The notes beneath the pieces were generated by a model. The model was not told where the DNA came from. It ran no database searches and worked only from the letters and a program-made list of their open reading frames with translations. DNA of 64,000 bases from Euryarchaeota archaeon UBA86 (GTDB taxonomy: Archaea > Thermoplasmatota > Poseidoniia > Poseidoniales > Thalassarchaeaceae): positions 81,439 to 145,438 of the forward strand of contig DAQX01000008.1 in assembly GCA_002503055.1 (NCBI GenBank), in the 5' to 3' direction. Below, one piece after another: positions 8,883-18,728 of this stretch. The stretch's first letter is position 1. Every line of letters starts with the position of its first letter. Made by a program: the position numbers and the translations under genes.

Positions 8883-9938
8883 ATGAGTGGCGGCGGTTAC
8901 GGGGACTGGACCTACTCCGAGTACCTCAACCTACACGAGTTGCTTGGATTACAAGGAGAGGACAGGGAGGTAAGTGCAGATGAGATGCACTTCATTATCG
9001 TGCACCAAACCTTCGAGCTTTGGTTCAAGCAAGTAATCAAGGAGCTCTCGGAGGTAAGGGACATACTAGGGCAGGCCCCCGTCCCGGAGGATGAAATTCC
9101 AAGAGCGGTGGAGCATCTTGGAAGAACCACAGAAATTTTCAGACTGATGGCGAGCCAGTGGACCGTACTCGAGACTCTGACTCCACAGGGCTTCCTGGCA
9201 TTCAGAGATGGACTTGGAAGCGCTTCCGGATTCGAATCTTTCCAGATGAGGCAATTTGAGATTCTTCTGGGCTTAGATAACAATGACAGAATTGGCGGCA
9301 TGGATCCGCTTGACTCTTTCAGGAGGATGGCAGAGAGAGGGGAGGAGCACAAGGAGGTTCTATCCATGCTTGAGGATGCAGTTTCAAGGCCGAGCCTTGT
9401 CGAGTCACTGATGCTTTGGGTAGAGAGAACCCCAATCATGGGATCGGGTTTTGAGTCCGATAATGACCAAGAAAACGTACAGCAGTATGTAGAAGCGCAC
9501 CTCAAGGCACACAAGACTGTTTGTGACTTAGCATCGGGCTCCTCAGAAATGATGGCAGCGCGAATGAGGGCCTCGCATGAGTCGGCAATTTCATTCCTGA
9601 AGCCCGATGGAACTGCCAGTCGTAGGAGAGCCGGTCTTCTCTTCATCGAGTCATACAGAGAACTGCCCCTTCTTGCTTGGCCAAGGAAACTGATCGATGC
9701 TGTTGTGGAACTGGAAGAATCCATGGTGAAATGGCGTCATTCTCATGCTAGGATGGTCGAGAGAATAATGGGTCGTAGAATAGGCACTGGTGGGACCAGT
9801 GGAGTGGACTACCTGGATGCTACGGCCGAGTATCGTATTTTCAAAGACCTGTGGGCAGTTAGGACCATACTTGTCAAGCCTCAGATGAGACCCGAGTTGG
9901 TAAACTCAGAATTCTATGGATATTCATCTGATTCGTGA
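8883..9938 (+). CDS. Tryptophan 2,3-dioxygenase (TDO/KynA family).
   Basis: YSEYLNLHELLGLQ....MHFIIVHQTFELWFKQVIKEL matches the conserved TDO heme-pocket region nearly residue for residue. Confidence 0.8.
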   Translation: MSGGGYGDWTYSEYLNLHELLGLQGEDREVSADEMHFIIVHQTFELWFKQVIKELSEVRDILGQAPVPEDEIPRAVEHLGRTTEIFRLMASQWTVLETLTPQGFLAFRDGLGSASGFESFQMRQFEILLGLDNNDRIGGMDPLDSFRRMAERGEEHKEVLSMLEDAVSRPSLVESLMLWVERTPIMGSGFESDNDQENVQQYVEAHLKAHKTVCDLASGSSEMMAARMRASHESAISFLKPDGTASRRRAGLLFIESYRELPLLAWPRKLIDAVVELEESMVKWRHSHARMVERIMGRRIGTGGTSGVDYLDATAEYRIFKDLWAVRTILVKPQMRPELVNSEFYGYSSDS

Positions 9939-9953
9939 GGATTATTCTGCTTT

Positions 9954-11156
9954 ATGAATAGGACCATTGAAGGCTCGTTGGCCTTTCGTGGGTGCGTGCC
10001 CGAGCCAGTGATTTGCGCATATGCTCGTACTCCGATAGGGAAGTACAGAGGCTCGCTATCTGGGTACAGTGCCTCGGAACTGGGAGCAAGGGCAGTTGAG
10101 GAACTCCTGAAGAGAGCAGGAATTGAGCCATCTAGTGGAATAATCGACCAGGTATACATGGGCCAAGTTCTACAGGCAGGAGAAGGACAAGCTCCTGCTA
10201 GGCAAGTTGCAATGAAAGTAGGCATGCCAGTCTCCACCCCTTGCACTACCGTCAACAAAGTCTGTGGATCAAGTCTCAAGGCGGCGATGATTGCAGCGAC
10301 TGAAATCAGAGCCGGAGTATCTAGAATCGTAGTCGCGGGCGGAATGGAGTCGATGACCAACGCCCCGCACCTTGCTCGTAATGTCAAGAAAGGAGAGGGA
10401 GTTTCCTACTCGAATCTTGAGTCGGTGTTGATGCATGATGGTCTGCAAGACGCATTTACAGGAGAATCAATGGGCAATACTGGTGAGACGGTGGCGATTG
10501 AGTATGACATTAGTCGCGAGCAATCTGACGCATTTGCTATTCGCTCACATGCCCTTTCGAACAAGGCCTGGGAAGAAGGCTGGCTTGATGAAGAGGTGTT
10601 TCCAGTAGGCGAGCTTGTTCGAGATGAGGGTATTCGTCCGGGTTCCGATATGGAGACTTTAGGCTCACTAGGGACGGTTTTCAAGAACGATGGTCAAGTT
10701 ACAGCAGGTAACTCGAGCCAAGTCTCAGACGGTGCCTCTGCAGTACTAATTGCATCCGAAGAAGCAGCAGCGGAACTAGGCCTACCCATTCTAGCCAGAA
10801 TTGTCGGCTACGCAACCTCTGGCGTCGAGGCGTACAGAGTGATGTCTGCTCCTATTCCCACTGTTCAAAAATTGCTTGAACAGACTGGCAGGACAATGGA
10901 TGAAGTCGACATCTTAGAGCACAATGAGGCATTTGCTGCGGCCTCGTGTGCGATACAGACTTCGTTGGGCGTCTCTGAAGATCGTTTCAACCCTCACGGC
11001 GGTGCCGTAGCTATTGGACATCCACTTGGTGCAACAGGCACTCGTTGCCTGATGACTCTAGTCAATGCACTAGGGCGAACTGGTGGTAAATGTGGTATTG
11101 TAACCATCTGTCTGGGCGGGGGCAATGCTGTCGCAATGATGGTCGAGAGAGATTAG
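9954..11156 (+). CDS. Acetyl-CoA C-acetyltransferase (thiolase).
   Basis: The N-terminal thiolase motif ICAYARTPIGKY and the active-site Cys context NKVCGSSLKA are present. The C-terminal region includes HNEAFAA...NPHGGAVAIGHPLGATG and CLGGGNAVAM. Confidence 0.9.
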   Translation: MNRTIEGSLAFRGCVPEPVICAYARTPIGKYRGSLSGYSASELGARAVEELLKRAGIEPSSGIIDQVYMGQVLQAGEGQAPARQVAMKVGMPVSTPCTTVNKVCGSSLKAAMIAATEIRAGVSRIVVAGGMESMTNAPHLARNVKKGEGVSYSNLESVLMHDGLQDAFTGESMGNTGETVAIEYDISREQSDAFAIRSHALSNKAWEEGWLDEEVFPVGELVRDEGIRPGSDMETLGSLGTVFKNDGQVTAGNSSQVSDGASAVLIASEEAAAELGLPILARIVGYATSGVEAYRVMSAPIPTVQKLLEQTGRTMDEVDILEHNEAFAAASCAIQTSLGVSEDRFNPHGGAVAIGHPLGATGTRCLMTLVNALGRTGGKCGIVTICLGGGNAVAMMVERD

Positions 11157-11177
11157 TCAGGTCAATTTTGACTTCGA

Positions 11178-11477
11178 ATGGCGGTCATAGGCCTTATTTG
11201 GGGGTCTCCGGTCGCCGGGCCCATGGTAAAGCCCGCAAGACCCCACACTCGCTTTGAGAAGGCTCGGATAATTGGTGCTAGGGCACTTCAGATTAGCATG
11301 GGTGCACCTCTCTTTGTTTCAGAGGACGAGTTGCGCGACCATTTCAGTGACGAGTTGATTCAACTCTACGGTGTCGAAGAGGCACAGTGGAGAGTAGTAC
11401 TAGACCCAAACAAGATTGCAATGCTTGAGTATGAGCAGAATCGCATACCCATCGATGTGGACCCCCACAACGAGTGA
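11178..11477 (+). CDS. rpoK: DNA-directed RNA polymerase subunit K (Rpo6/RpoK). The start is probably the internal Met at 11223.
   Basis: [21 protein letters not shown] is the Rpo6/omega signature. Confidence 0.85.
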   Translation: MAVIGLIWGSPVAGPMVKPARPHTRFEKARIIGARALQISMGAPLFVSEDELRDHFSDELIQLYGVEEAQWRVVLDPNKIAMLEYEQNRIPIDVDPHNE

Positions 11478-11500
11478 TGTTGTAGACTGGTCAAGTCTAT

Positions 11501-12568
11501 TTGTGTCGGCCCGGAGGCTTCTTCGGGATGAGTAGTTTTTCCGCTAAGGACTGTAGGCGGCTAACGGCCGGTCTCGTTGTCATCACATTCCTTGTGATTG
11601 CTCTGGGTGGCCTAATCAGAATCTACGATGCTGGTGAGTCGTGTCCAGACTGGCCAACCTGTTTTGGTACATGGGGATTCGATGTCTCTGAGGCCGATCA
11701 AGAGTCTTGGTACGAAGACAATCCCGATGAGGTAGACTCTAGAGGAGCGGGGCATCGTTACACAACTTTCCAGATTTTCACCGAGTGGGCTCATCGAGTT
11801 CTGGCGGGAGCGGTTTTGGGACCGTTGGTGCTTGCTGGTTGGTTTCTATTTAGACAGGTGGAGAAGTTTGGCTCGGAAGTCAGGCTGGCTTCTACGGTTT
11901 CTGTTGCTCTCATCATTTGGCAAGGTGCAATCGGCTGGCTGACCGTGAGGATGGATAACGAGCACTGGAGTGTGGCACTACATCTGGGCTCGGCTCTTGC
12001 CTTCATGCTAAGCTTGGTTTGGCTCTGGTTAGCACAGTCACGTGATATCGACACGCTTCCTGATTGGATTGACTTTGAGTCAGAAAACGCCTCAGTATGG
12101 GGGCCGAGATTACTCTGGCTCTCCCTATTTGCACTAGTCAGTCTGTTCTCGGGGGCATTTGTGTCCACTACCAGTGGAGCAAACTCTGGATGCGGGGTGG
12201 ACGGATTGTACGACTCATGGCCACTTTGCCAGGGAGAGTTAGTGCCAGAAATCCATGACTGGGTGTTGCAATCTCAGGCAATCCATAGATTCCTAGTTGC
12301 TGCAGTCGGTGTGGCTTTACTCGCTGTATCTCGGTTTGCTTGGAAGGAATTGGGCTCAAACAGTAATCTGTCTCGCTGGATTTTGGCTTCTACAGCACTT
12401 TACATGGTGAATATGCTGATAGGGGCCCTATACATCCTATCTTGGGATATGAGCGAAGGATTCGAGGAGTGGCTCTCACTTTTCCACCTACTCCTCGCCT
12501 CTCTTTCGTTCTTGATTCTCTCAACTGCATATGTCGGTTCGATAACGACTAAGGAGGAATCAGTATGA
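11501..12568 (+). CDS. ctaA: Heme A synthase CtaA (COX15 family).
   Basis: The CPDWPTCFG motif is present. It is a multi-TM protein with a second Cys pair (LCQGEL) and is adjacent to ctaB. Confidence 0.8.
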   Translation: MCRPGGFFGMSSFSAKDCRRLTAGLVVITFLVIALGGLIRIYDAGESCPDWPTCFGTWGFDVSEADQESWYEDNPDEVDSRGAGHRYTTFQIFTEWAHRVLAGAVLGPLVLAGWFLFRQVEKFGSEVRLASTVSVALIIWQGAIGWLTVRMDNEHWSVALHLGSALAFMLSLVWLWLAQSRDIDTLPDWIDFESENASVWGPRLLWLSLFALVSLFSGAFVSTTSGANSGCGVDGLYDSWPLCQGELVPEIHDWVLQSQAIHRFLVAAVGVALLAVSRFAWKELGSNSNLSRWILASTALYMVNMLIGALYILSWDMSEGFEEWLSLFHLLLASLSFLILSTAYVGSITTKEESV

Positions 12569-13578
12569 GTTGGCGAAGTTATGTTTCATTGACTAAGCCG
12601 AGAGTGGTTGTCTTGCTACAGATAACTGCGCTGTGCGCTGTTTTGGTGCACGACAGGATGTACAAACAGTTGGGTATTGAAACTGCGGAAACGATGTTGA
12701 TTGTTTTCGTTGGAGGATATCTTAGTGCCGGTGGCGCTAATGCAATCAACATGTGGTACGATAGAGATATTGATCCACTGATGACACGAACGGAGAGTAG
12801 GGCGATACCTTCTGGCGAGGTCTCAGCGGAGTCGGCTCTCGCTCTGGGTGTATTGCTCTCGATTGCAGGAGTATCTTGGTTCTGGATGCTATCGAACGAG
12901 GTTGCTGCTTTCTGGTCTGCATTCAGCATCCTGTTCTATGTCTTTGTGTACAGCATCTGGCTCAAGCGTTCGACCCCTCAGAACATAGTAATTGGAGGTA
13001 TAGCCGGTTCTACACCGCCCGTGATAGGCTGGGCGGCGGCCGAAGATGGGCTTACAGTAGTGACTGATTCGGCCCAGATTATGCTGGAATCGTTGATCGA
13101 TTTGGGAAGCCCGATGCCGTGGTTCATGTTCCTGCTCATCTTCCTCTGGACACCTCCTCACTTCTGGGCACTAGCGCTGTATCGTTCAGAGGAGTATGGG
13201 AGAGTAGGAGTCCCGATGATGCCCAATGTGAAGGGCCCGGAAAGAACTCTTAGAGAGATGAAAATATACACAATAATTCTACTACTCTTGTCAATGAATG
13301 TACCATCATACCACGAACTGACAGAAAGTAATGCGTTCTATTTCATTCTAGTAGGCAATGTGACCTTGCTTTCCCTATGGTACGCTAACTCGGTATGGAA
13401 GATCGACCTAGAAGAGGAGCGGGATGAAACAGGTAGAATTCCAACGGCCGCTCGTTCGTTCTTCATCTCAATGCTTTACCTTGCCCTGATGTTCGTGGTT
13501 CTAGTCACAGCCAGTTTTGGTGTTACAGGGGCTGTTTTGGGAGCGGGCATAAGCCTGTTCGCAATCTTACGCAGCTAA
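12565..13578 (+). CDS. ctaB: Protoheme IX farnesyltransferase (heme O synthase, UbiA family) with a C-terminal extension of extra TM segments.
   Basis: NMWYDRDIDPLMTRTESRAIPSG, GIAGSTPPVIGW and WTPPHFWALA are present. Its start overlaps the ctaA stop by 4 nt. Confidence 0.85.
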   Translation: MSWRSYVSLTKPRVVVLLQITALCAVLVHDRMYKQLGIETAETMLIVFVGGYLSAGGANAINMWYDRDIDPLMTRTESRAIPSGEVSAESALALGVLLSIAGVSWFWMLSNEVAAFWSAFSILFYVFVYSIWLKRSTPQNIVIGGIAGSTPPVIGWAAAEDGLTVVTDSAQIMLESLIDLGSPMPWFMFLLIFLWTPPHFWALALYRSEEYGRVGVPMMPNVKGPERTLREMKIYTIILLLLSMNVPSYHELTESNAFYFILVGNVTLLSLWYANSVWKIDLEEERDETGRIPTAARSFFISMLYLALMFVVLVTASFGVTGAVLGAGISLFAILRS

Positions 13579-13617
13579 GCTTGTCGATAATCTACCACCC
13601 CGATGGTTTCAAACGCC

Positions 13618-13654
13618 TACCGCACCATGGCGGAGCGGTTAGAGGGGTGCGGTA
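13618..13654 (+). promoter_or_regulatory. A perfect 9-bp inverted repeat with a 19-nt loop, immediately abutting the start codon of the following gene.
   Basis: taccgcacc ... ggtgcggta directly precedes the ATG at 13655. Confidence 0.25.
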
Positions 13655-14908
13655 ATGGACGAGCATGGCCTGATATACGACTGGAACACAGTCGATTACG
13701 AGATTGAACGTGACTCTGTCAATCATCCACACGAGTTGTGGTTCGATGATGAAACCCTGAGAGATGGCCTTCAGAGTCCAAGCGCTAGAAACCCAGAGAT
13801 TGAGCAGAAATTGGAGTTAATTGACTACATGGAGGCCCTTGGCATACAGAAGGTAGACCTAGGACTTCCTGGAGCAGGTCCCTTTCATGTCGGCCATATC
13901 GATGCAATGCTTTCTCACATGGGAGAGAATGGATACGAATTGCGACCTGGTTGCGCGGTCCGCACCGTAGTAAGCGATATTGAGCCGTTAGTTGAACTGC
14001 AAGCCAAGCACGAGAGGCAGATACAGGCTAGTGCGTTTCTCGGCACCAGTCCTATCCGCCAATATGCCGAGGGTTGGACGATGGAGAAAATACTGTCAAC
14101 AGCCGAGAAGGCAGTCACTTTTGCAGTTGATAACGACATTCCGGTGATGTTCGTAACCGAAGACACTACGCGCAGTAAACCGGATGAGATTAAGGAAGTC
14201 TACACCCGTGCTCTCGAGTTGGGTGCAGACAGAATATGTATCTGTGACACCTGTGGCCATGTCACTCCAAATGGAGTTCGCAAACTACTATCTTTCATAC
14301 AAGATGAGGTGATTGTTGACTCAGGGTTCAAGCGACGAGACATCGAAGTAAACTGGCACGGTCATCAGGACAGGGGCCTTGGTGTGGCGAACAATCTAGC
14401 CGCTTACGAAGCTGGCGCAGATGTAATTCATGGCACCGCGCTTGGAGTCGGTGAGCGTGCCGGAAACGCACCTCTAGATCAGACTCTAGTGAATCTGAGC
14501 CTGATGGGTGTCATTAGCAACGATCTAACTATGCTCAACGAGTACATGAAAAAGGCTCACGAATATGTCGAAGTAGCACTTCCTAGGAACTATCCTGTGT
14601 TCGGAGAGGATGCTTTTGAGACTGGTACGGGAGTACATGCTAGCGCTGTAATCAAGGCCATGAAGAAAGGCGATCACTGGCTCGCAGATCGTGTCTATTC
14701 CGGGGTACCGGCAGCCGATTATGGACTTGAGCAAATCATCAGAATTGGACATATGAGTGGTAGATCAAATATTGTCTGGTGGCTGCAGAATAACGGCTAC
14801 GAGGTGTCAGATGAATTGGTCTCTCACATGTTCGAGGTGGCTAAATCACAGCGTCGTCTAATGAGTGATGAGGAAGTTCATGCAGCCATTTCAGAGTTCC
14901 AGAACTAG
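13655..14908 (+). CDS. DRE-TIM metallolyase of the LeuA/homocitrate/citramalate synthase family (HMGL-like). It lacks the LeuA regulatory C-domain.
   Basis: DETLRDGLQS, the His pair WHGHQDRGLGVAN and GVGERAGNAPLD are present. It is only 417 aa. Confidence 0.7.
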   Translation: MDEHGLIYDWNTVDYEIERDSVNHPHELWFDDETLRDGLQSPSARNPEIEQKLELIDYMEALGIQKVDLGLPGAGPFHVGHIDAMLSHMGENGYELRPGCAVRTVVSDIEPLVELQAKHERQIQASAFLGTSPIRQYAEGWTMEKILSTAEKAVTFAVDNDIPVMFVTEDTTRSKPDEIKEVYTRALELGADRICICDTCGHVTPNGVRKLLSFIQDEVIVDSGFKRRDIEVNWHGHQDRGLGVANNLAAYEAGADVIHGTALGVGERAGNAPLDQTLVNLSLMGVISNDLTMLNEYMKKAHEYVEVALPRNYPVFGEDAFETGTGVHASAVIKAMKKGDHWLADRVYSGVPAADYGLEQIIRIGHMSGRSNIVWWLQNNGYEVSDELVSHMFEVAKSQRRLMSDEEVHAAISEFQN

Positions 14909-17900
14909 TGATTCAACAGGCTCACGACATAGACGAACGGCTAAATGCGGTAGGCGTTCGAGTTCGGGCGTGAGAAGCGTCGTCATTGTACTAGTCATGC
15001 TTGTTATGACTCCATTTGGAGGAGTTGTTGCAGGTTCATCCGAACTGCCAGAGGAACTTCGTATCGAGGGCGACGAGATAATGCCAAGCTACTCCAGAGC
15101 CGTACAATTGGCTTTCGACAGAGTGTCTGACTTGAATTCATACACTGACGAGATTCTATCTCAGACCGAGGAGTGGCTGGTAGTGACTAGGGTCCCTATG
15201 GAATTACATCATCTGACCAAGGCAAGCCCTGACACTAGCGAGAAAGCGCCTATTCTATCAGGCGCATTCATATGGAGTTTTGACAATCCTATGGAAGGAG
15301 TAAAGAGACTCGGGATTTCTCTTGAATTGGGTGAAATTGAATCATTCTCGCCGATGGTAGAGAAGAAGCATCAACCGAGACTAGTGCCGAGCGATACTGA
15401 ATTCGATGAACAATGGCATCTTAGCAACACAGGGCAGACCAGTGGAGGAGTCGTTGGAGAAGATATCAATGTAACATCCACTTGGGACACCTATACTGGA
15501 AGAGGGGTCATTATCAGCGTCATTGATGATGGTCTAGATCACAACCATAGTGATATCAGTCCACACTATTCATCACTCTACTCTTATGATTGGTGTGATG
15601 ATGATACAGACCCGAGTCCTTCTCCTTGGAATGGTCACGGAACCGCTGTCGCGGGAGTAGCAGCAGCTGTAGGAGACAATGGTCTTGATGTCACAGGTGC
15701 AGCCTTCGATGCGACAATTGCGGGTTCGACGCTAATCGCTTGCTGGGCAGGGGATGCTACCGAAGCAGATGCGTTGAGCTATGAGAGCGATGACATAGAT
15801 ATCTATACCAATTCATGGGGCCCAGCTGATGATGGTCAAACTCTAGAGGCCCCTGGCCCACTAACTCTAGCTGCCTTCGAGAGCGATGCGTATTCCGGAC
15901 GCGATGGATTGGGTAATCTGATTACATGGGCTGCTGGAAATGGACTTGGCTCGAATGATAACTCAAACTACGATGGTTATGCTAACAGCCGCTTCACAAT
16001 CGCAGTCACTGCGATTAGCCACAATGGTGAGCAATCGTACTACGCAGAGCCAGGAGCTAACATTCTAGTCGCCGCTCATTCGAATGGAGCAGGAGAGGGG
16101 ATTACCACTACAGACATCACTAATTCTGGCGGATACAACAGCAGCGGCAACATCACTCACACTTTTGGAGGCACCTCTAGCGCCACTCCACTTGCCGCCG
16201 GGGTAATTGCTCTAGTTCTCGAAGCTAATACGAATCTGACTTGGAGAGATGTTCAACATGTTCTGGTTAACAGTGCTCGCATGAACGATGCTACCGACAG
16301 TTCATGGACAGTGAACGGTGGTGGGCATGATGTTTCCCACAAGTATGGCTTCGGTGCAGTTGATGCCGGAGCGGCTGTATCTGTGGCTGAGAACTGGACC
16401 AATGTCGGAGAAGAATTGAATGCCACCTATGGGCCCTATTCACCGGGTACCGACATCCCTGACGATTCAACTGCTTGGACAGAGTTCACTACAGTAGTGA
16501 CTGATGAATACTCACTGGAGAGCGTGGATGTAATGGTCGATATCAGCCACACAACTAGAGGAGATTTGGACATAGTACTTGTCTCTCCTTCAGGAACAGA
16601 GTCATGGTTGGCTGAATCGCGTAATGACAATGGCAATCACTACTCTGACTGGATGTTTAGCACTGTGCAACACTGGGACGAGTCATCCTTGGGAACATGG
16701 ACTCTTAAGGTCAGAGATACTGAATCTAGTACAAATGGAACTCTGAACTCATGGGAGATGATTTTGCATGGAGTGGATATAGACTATGACCATGATGACG
16801 ATGGTTTGAGTGATGAAAATGAGACCCTTGTCTATGGTACTGATCCTTACGACGCAGATACAGATGATGACGGATTGAGTGACTATGACGAAGTCATGGT
16901 CTACGGTACTAATCCTCTGGAAATTGACTCTGATTTGGACGGCTTGAGTGACTCTGTCGAAGTTACGACTACTGGAACAAACCCCCTAGACTCTGACAGT
17001 GACGACGACGGCCTGTCTGATGGTGCCGAAGTCAACTTCTGGTTCACAGACCCATTAGTCTACGACCCGGATGACGATTCCGACCTGTTCTACCACTTCA
17101 ATGACTGTGATGATTCTAACCCACTGGTCAATCCAGGGCGCCCTGAATTACTGAATGGAATAGACGACAATTGTGATGACTACATCGATGAGGGATTCAA
17201 CTTCACAGACAGGGATAATGATGGGCTCAAGGATTGGCCAGAATATCATATCCATGGTACAGATCATATGGACTCAGATACAGATGATGATGGATTGGAT
17301 GACGGAGAGGAAGTCAACACCTACTCGTTGATGGGTTCCGATCCGCTGGTCTACGATCCCGACAATGATGCAGACAACTGGTACTGGTTCGAGGATTGTG
17401 ATGATGATGATCCGGACAGATCTCCGGGGGAAGTCGAATTATTGGATGACTTCGACAATGACTGTGATTTCTTAATTGACGAGGATTATTGGGAATTGGA
17501 TTCAGATAATGATGGCCTCACAGACTATGATGAGTATCACAATATAACCACGGACCACCTAGATGGAGACACGGATGGCGATGGCTTGCCCGACGGTCTG
17601 GAATACAACGAATATTCCGAATTGGGGGCTAATCCTCTAGTGCACGATGATGATGCCGATGAAGATGGATGGTATTGGTTCCAAGACTGCGATGATGAGG
17701 ACTTCGACAGAGCCCCACTAAAGCCAGAAGTTTTGGATGGGAAGGACAACGACTGCGACGATGTGGTTGACGAGGATTTCTTTGATATCGATACTGATGG
17801 AGATGGGCTTACTGACTACGACGAATATCACAACTACACTACTGACCCGGGTTTGGCCGATACCGATAGTGATGGAATGTCCGACGGACAAGAAATTACA

Positions 17901-18728
17901 GTAACTGGATCAGATCCAAAGACATTCAACTTCGATACCGACGAAGATGGATTCTATGACTTCGAAGATTGCGATGATACCGTAGGTACAATCAATCCGT
18001 CGGGAACTGAGGCATGGAACGGCAGAGATGATGACTGTAACGAGCAGGTGGATGATGGTTTAGATAGGAAGATTCTGGTCTCGACTACACCCGATTTTAG
18101 AGAGATCAAAGATTGGGACGCTGTCAACGAATCTCTAATTCTTATTGTGGAAAATATTCCAGATTCAGTTGGTGCAACACTGAGTTGGAAACTGGGCGAC
18201 TACACTCTTACTGCAAATGTAAGTGAAGACGGTAAGAGAGTAACTATCCTCCCGATTGACTGTGATTCAGGCGATACTTCTCTAGAGATCTACTTGTGTG
18301 CACAAGGCGAGAGTCCACAACAAGTTTCACTCACAATATCCGAACCGGGAAAGACAACAGAATTGATTTGGGACATTGATATGGTAGTTTGGATTCCACC
18401 TCTGACTTTCTCCGAGATGTTGTTTGAGTTCGTCATTTCTCCGACTGGCCTTGCCGTGACTCTGATTATTGTGGTGGCCCTTGTCGGTGCAGTTGTGCTA
18501 GGCTTGCGTAGAATGGCATACAACAGAAGACTCGAGGACGCGTACAAGGCCTACGATATCAAACCCGGAGAATTCTCGCTCTCTCCTGAATTCCAAGAGT
18601 ATGATCTACCTTCTGCACCTGATCTCGGAGCGATGGTTGGACAGCAGGCAGCTCCCGTGCAACTACCTTCGGTACCTGCTTCACCGGTCAATGACGAGTC
18701 TATTCCTGACATGCCTGATCTAGATTAG
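14865..18728 (+). CDS. Secreted and membrane-anchored kexin-like subtilase (S8) with a P/proprotein-convertase domain. A long array of TSP3 calcium-binding and MopE-like Cys-rich repeats follows, then a C-terminal TM anchor.
   Basis: The S8 catalytic triad contexts are VIDDG, HGTAVAGVAAAVGDNGLDVTGAA and GTSSATPLAAGVIAL. The P-domain contains GDLDIVLVSPSGTES. Repeated D-x-D-x-DG-LSD motifs appear throughout. The FYHFNDCDD...NDCDD/WYWFEDCDD...NDCDF motif appears four times. The C-terminal TM is LAVTLIIVVALVGAVVLGL. Confidence 0.8.
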   Translation: MMRKFMQPFQSSRTSDSTGSRHRRTAKCGRRSSSGVRSVVIVLVMLVMTPFGGVVAGSSELPEELRIEGDEIMPSYSRAVQLAFDRVSDLNSYTDEILSQTEEWLVVTRVPMELHHLTKASPDTSEKAPILSGAFIWSFDNPMEGVKRLGISLELGEIESFSPMVEKKHQPRLVPSDTEFDEQWHLSNTGQTSGGVVGEDINVTSTWDTYTGRGVIISVIDDGLDHNHSDISPHYSSLYSYDWCDDDTDPSPSPWNGHGTAVAGVAAAVGDNGLDVTGAAFDATIAGSTLIACWAGDATEADALSYESDDIDIYTNSWGPADDGQTLEAPGPLTLAAFESDAYSGRDGLGNLITWAAGNGLGSNDNSNYDGYANSRFTIAVTAISHNGEQSYYAEPGANILVAAHSNGAGEGITTTDITNSGGYNSSGNITHTFGGTSSATPLAAGVIALVLEANTNLTWRDVQHVLVNSARMNDATDSSWTVNGGGHDVSHKYGFGAVDAGAAVSVAENWTNVGEELNATYGPYSPGTDIPDDSTAWTEFTTVVTDEYSLESVDVMVDISHTTRGDLDIVLVSPSGTESWLAESRNDNGNHYSDWMFSTVQHWDESSLGTWTLKVRDTESSTNGTLNSWEMILHGVDIDYDHDDDGLSDENETLVYGTDPYDADTDDDGLSDYDEVMVYGTNPLEIDSDLDGLSDSVEVTTTGTNPLDSDSDDDGLSDGAEVNFWFTDPLVYDPDDDSDLFYHFNDCDDSNPLVNPGRPELLNGIDDNCDDYIDEGFNFTDRDNDGLKDWPEYHIHGTDHMDSDTDDDGLDDGEEVNTYSLMGSDPLVYDPDNDADNWYWFEDCDDDDPDRSPGEVELLDDFDNDCDFLIDEDYWELDSDNDGLTDYDEYHNITTDHLDGDTDGDGLPDGLEYNEYSELGANPLVHDDDADEDGWYWFQDCDDEDFDRAPLKPEVLDGKDNDCDDVVDEDFFDIDTDGDGLTDYDEYHNYTTDPGLADTDSDGMSDGQEITVTGSDPKTFNFDTDEDGFYDFEDCDDTVGTINPSGTEAWNGRDDDCNEQVDDGLDRKILVSTTPDFREIKDWDAVNESLILIVENIPDSVGATLSWKLGDYTLTANVSEDGKRVTILPIDCDSGDTSLEIYLCAQGESPQQVSLTISEPGKTTELIWDIDMVVWIPPLTFSEMLFEFVISPTGLAVTLIIVVALVGAVVLGLRRMAYNRRLEDAYKAYDIKPGEFSLSPEFQEYDLPSAPDLGAMVGQQAAPVQLPSVPASPVNDESIPDMPDLD
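16785..18060 (+). repeat. About 300-bp modular tandem repeats, each coding TSP3 plus a MopE-like unit, in roughly 3.5 copies.
   Basis: Protein-level periodicity runs DSDxDGLxD ... WYWFxDCDDxDxDRxP...DNDCDxxxDED ... DxDxDGLTDYDEYHN. Confidence 0.7.

Noticed and set aside
8912-9724. A 270-aa ORF on the minus strand, antisense to the TDO gene.
   Set aside because: It is low-complexity and Ser/Leu-rich, and it overlaps a sense ORF with an exact TDO family signature. It is typical shadow-ORF noise.
14865-14908. A 44-nt overlap between the LeuA-like gene end and the subtilase start.
   Set aside because: It is probably an artefact of taking the first ATG. The subtilase may start slightly downstream. 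It is not evidence of a frameshift.
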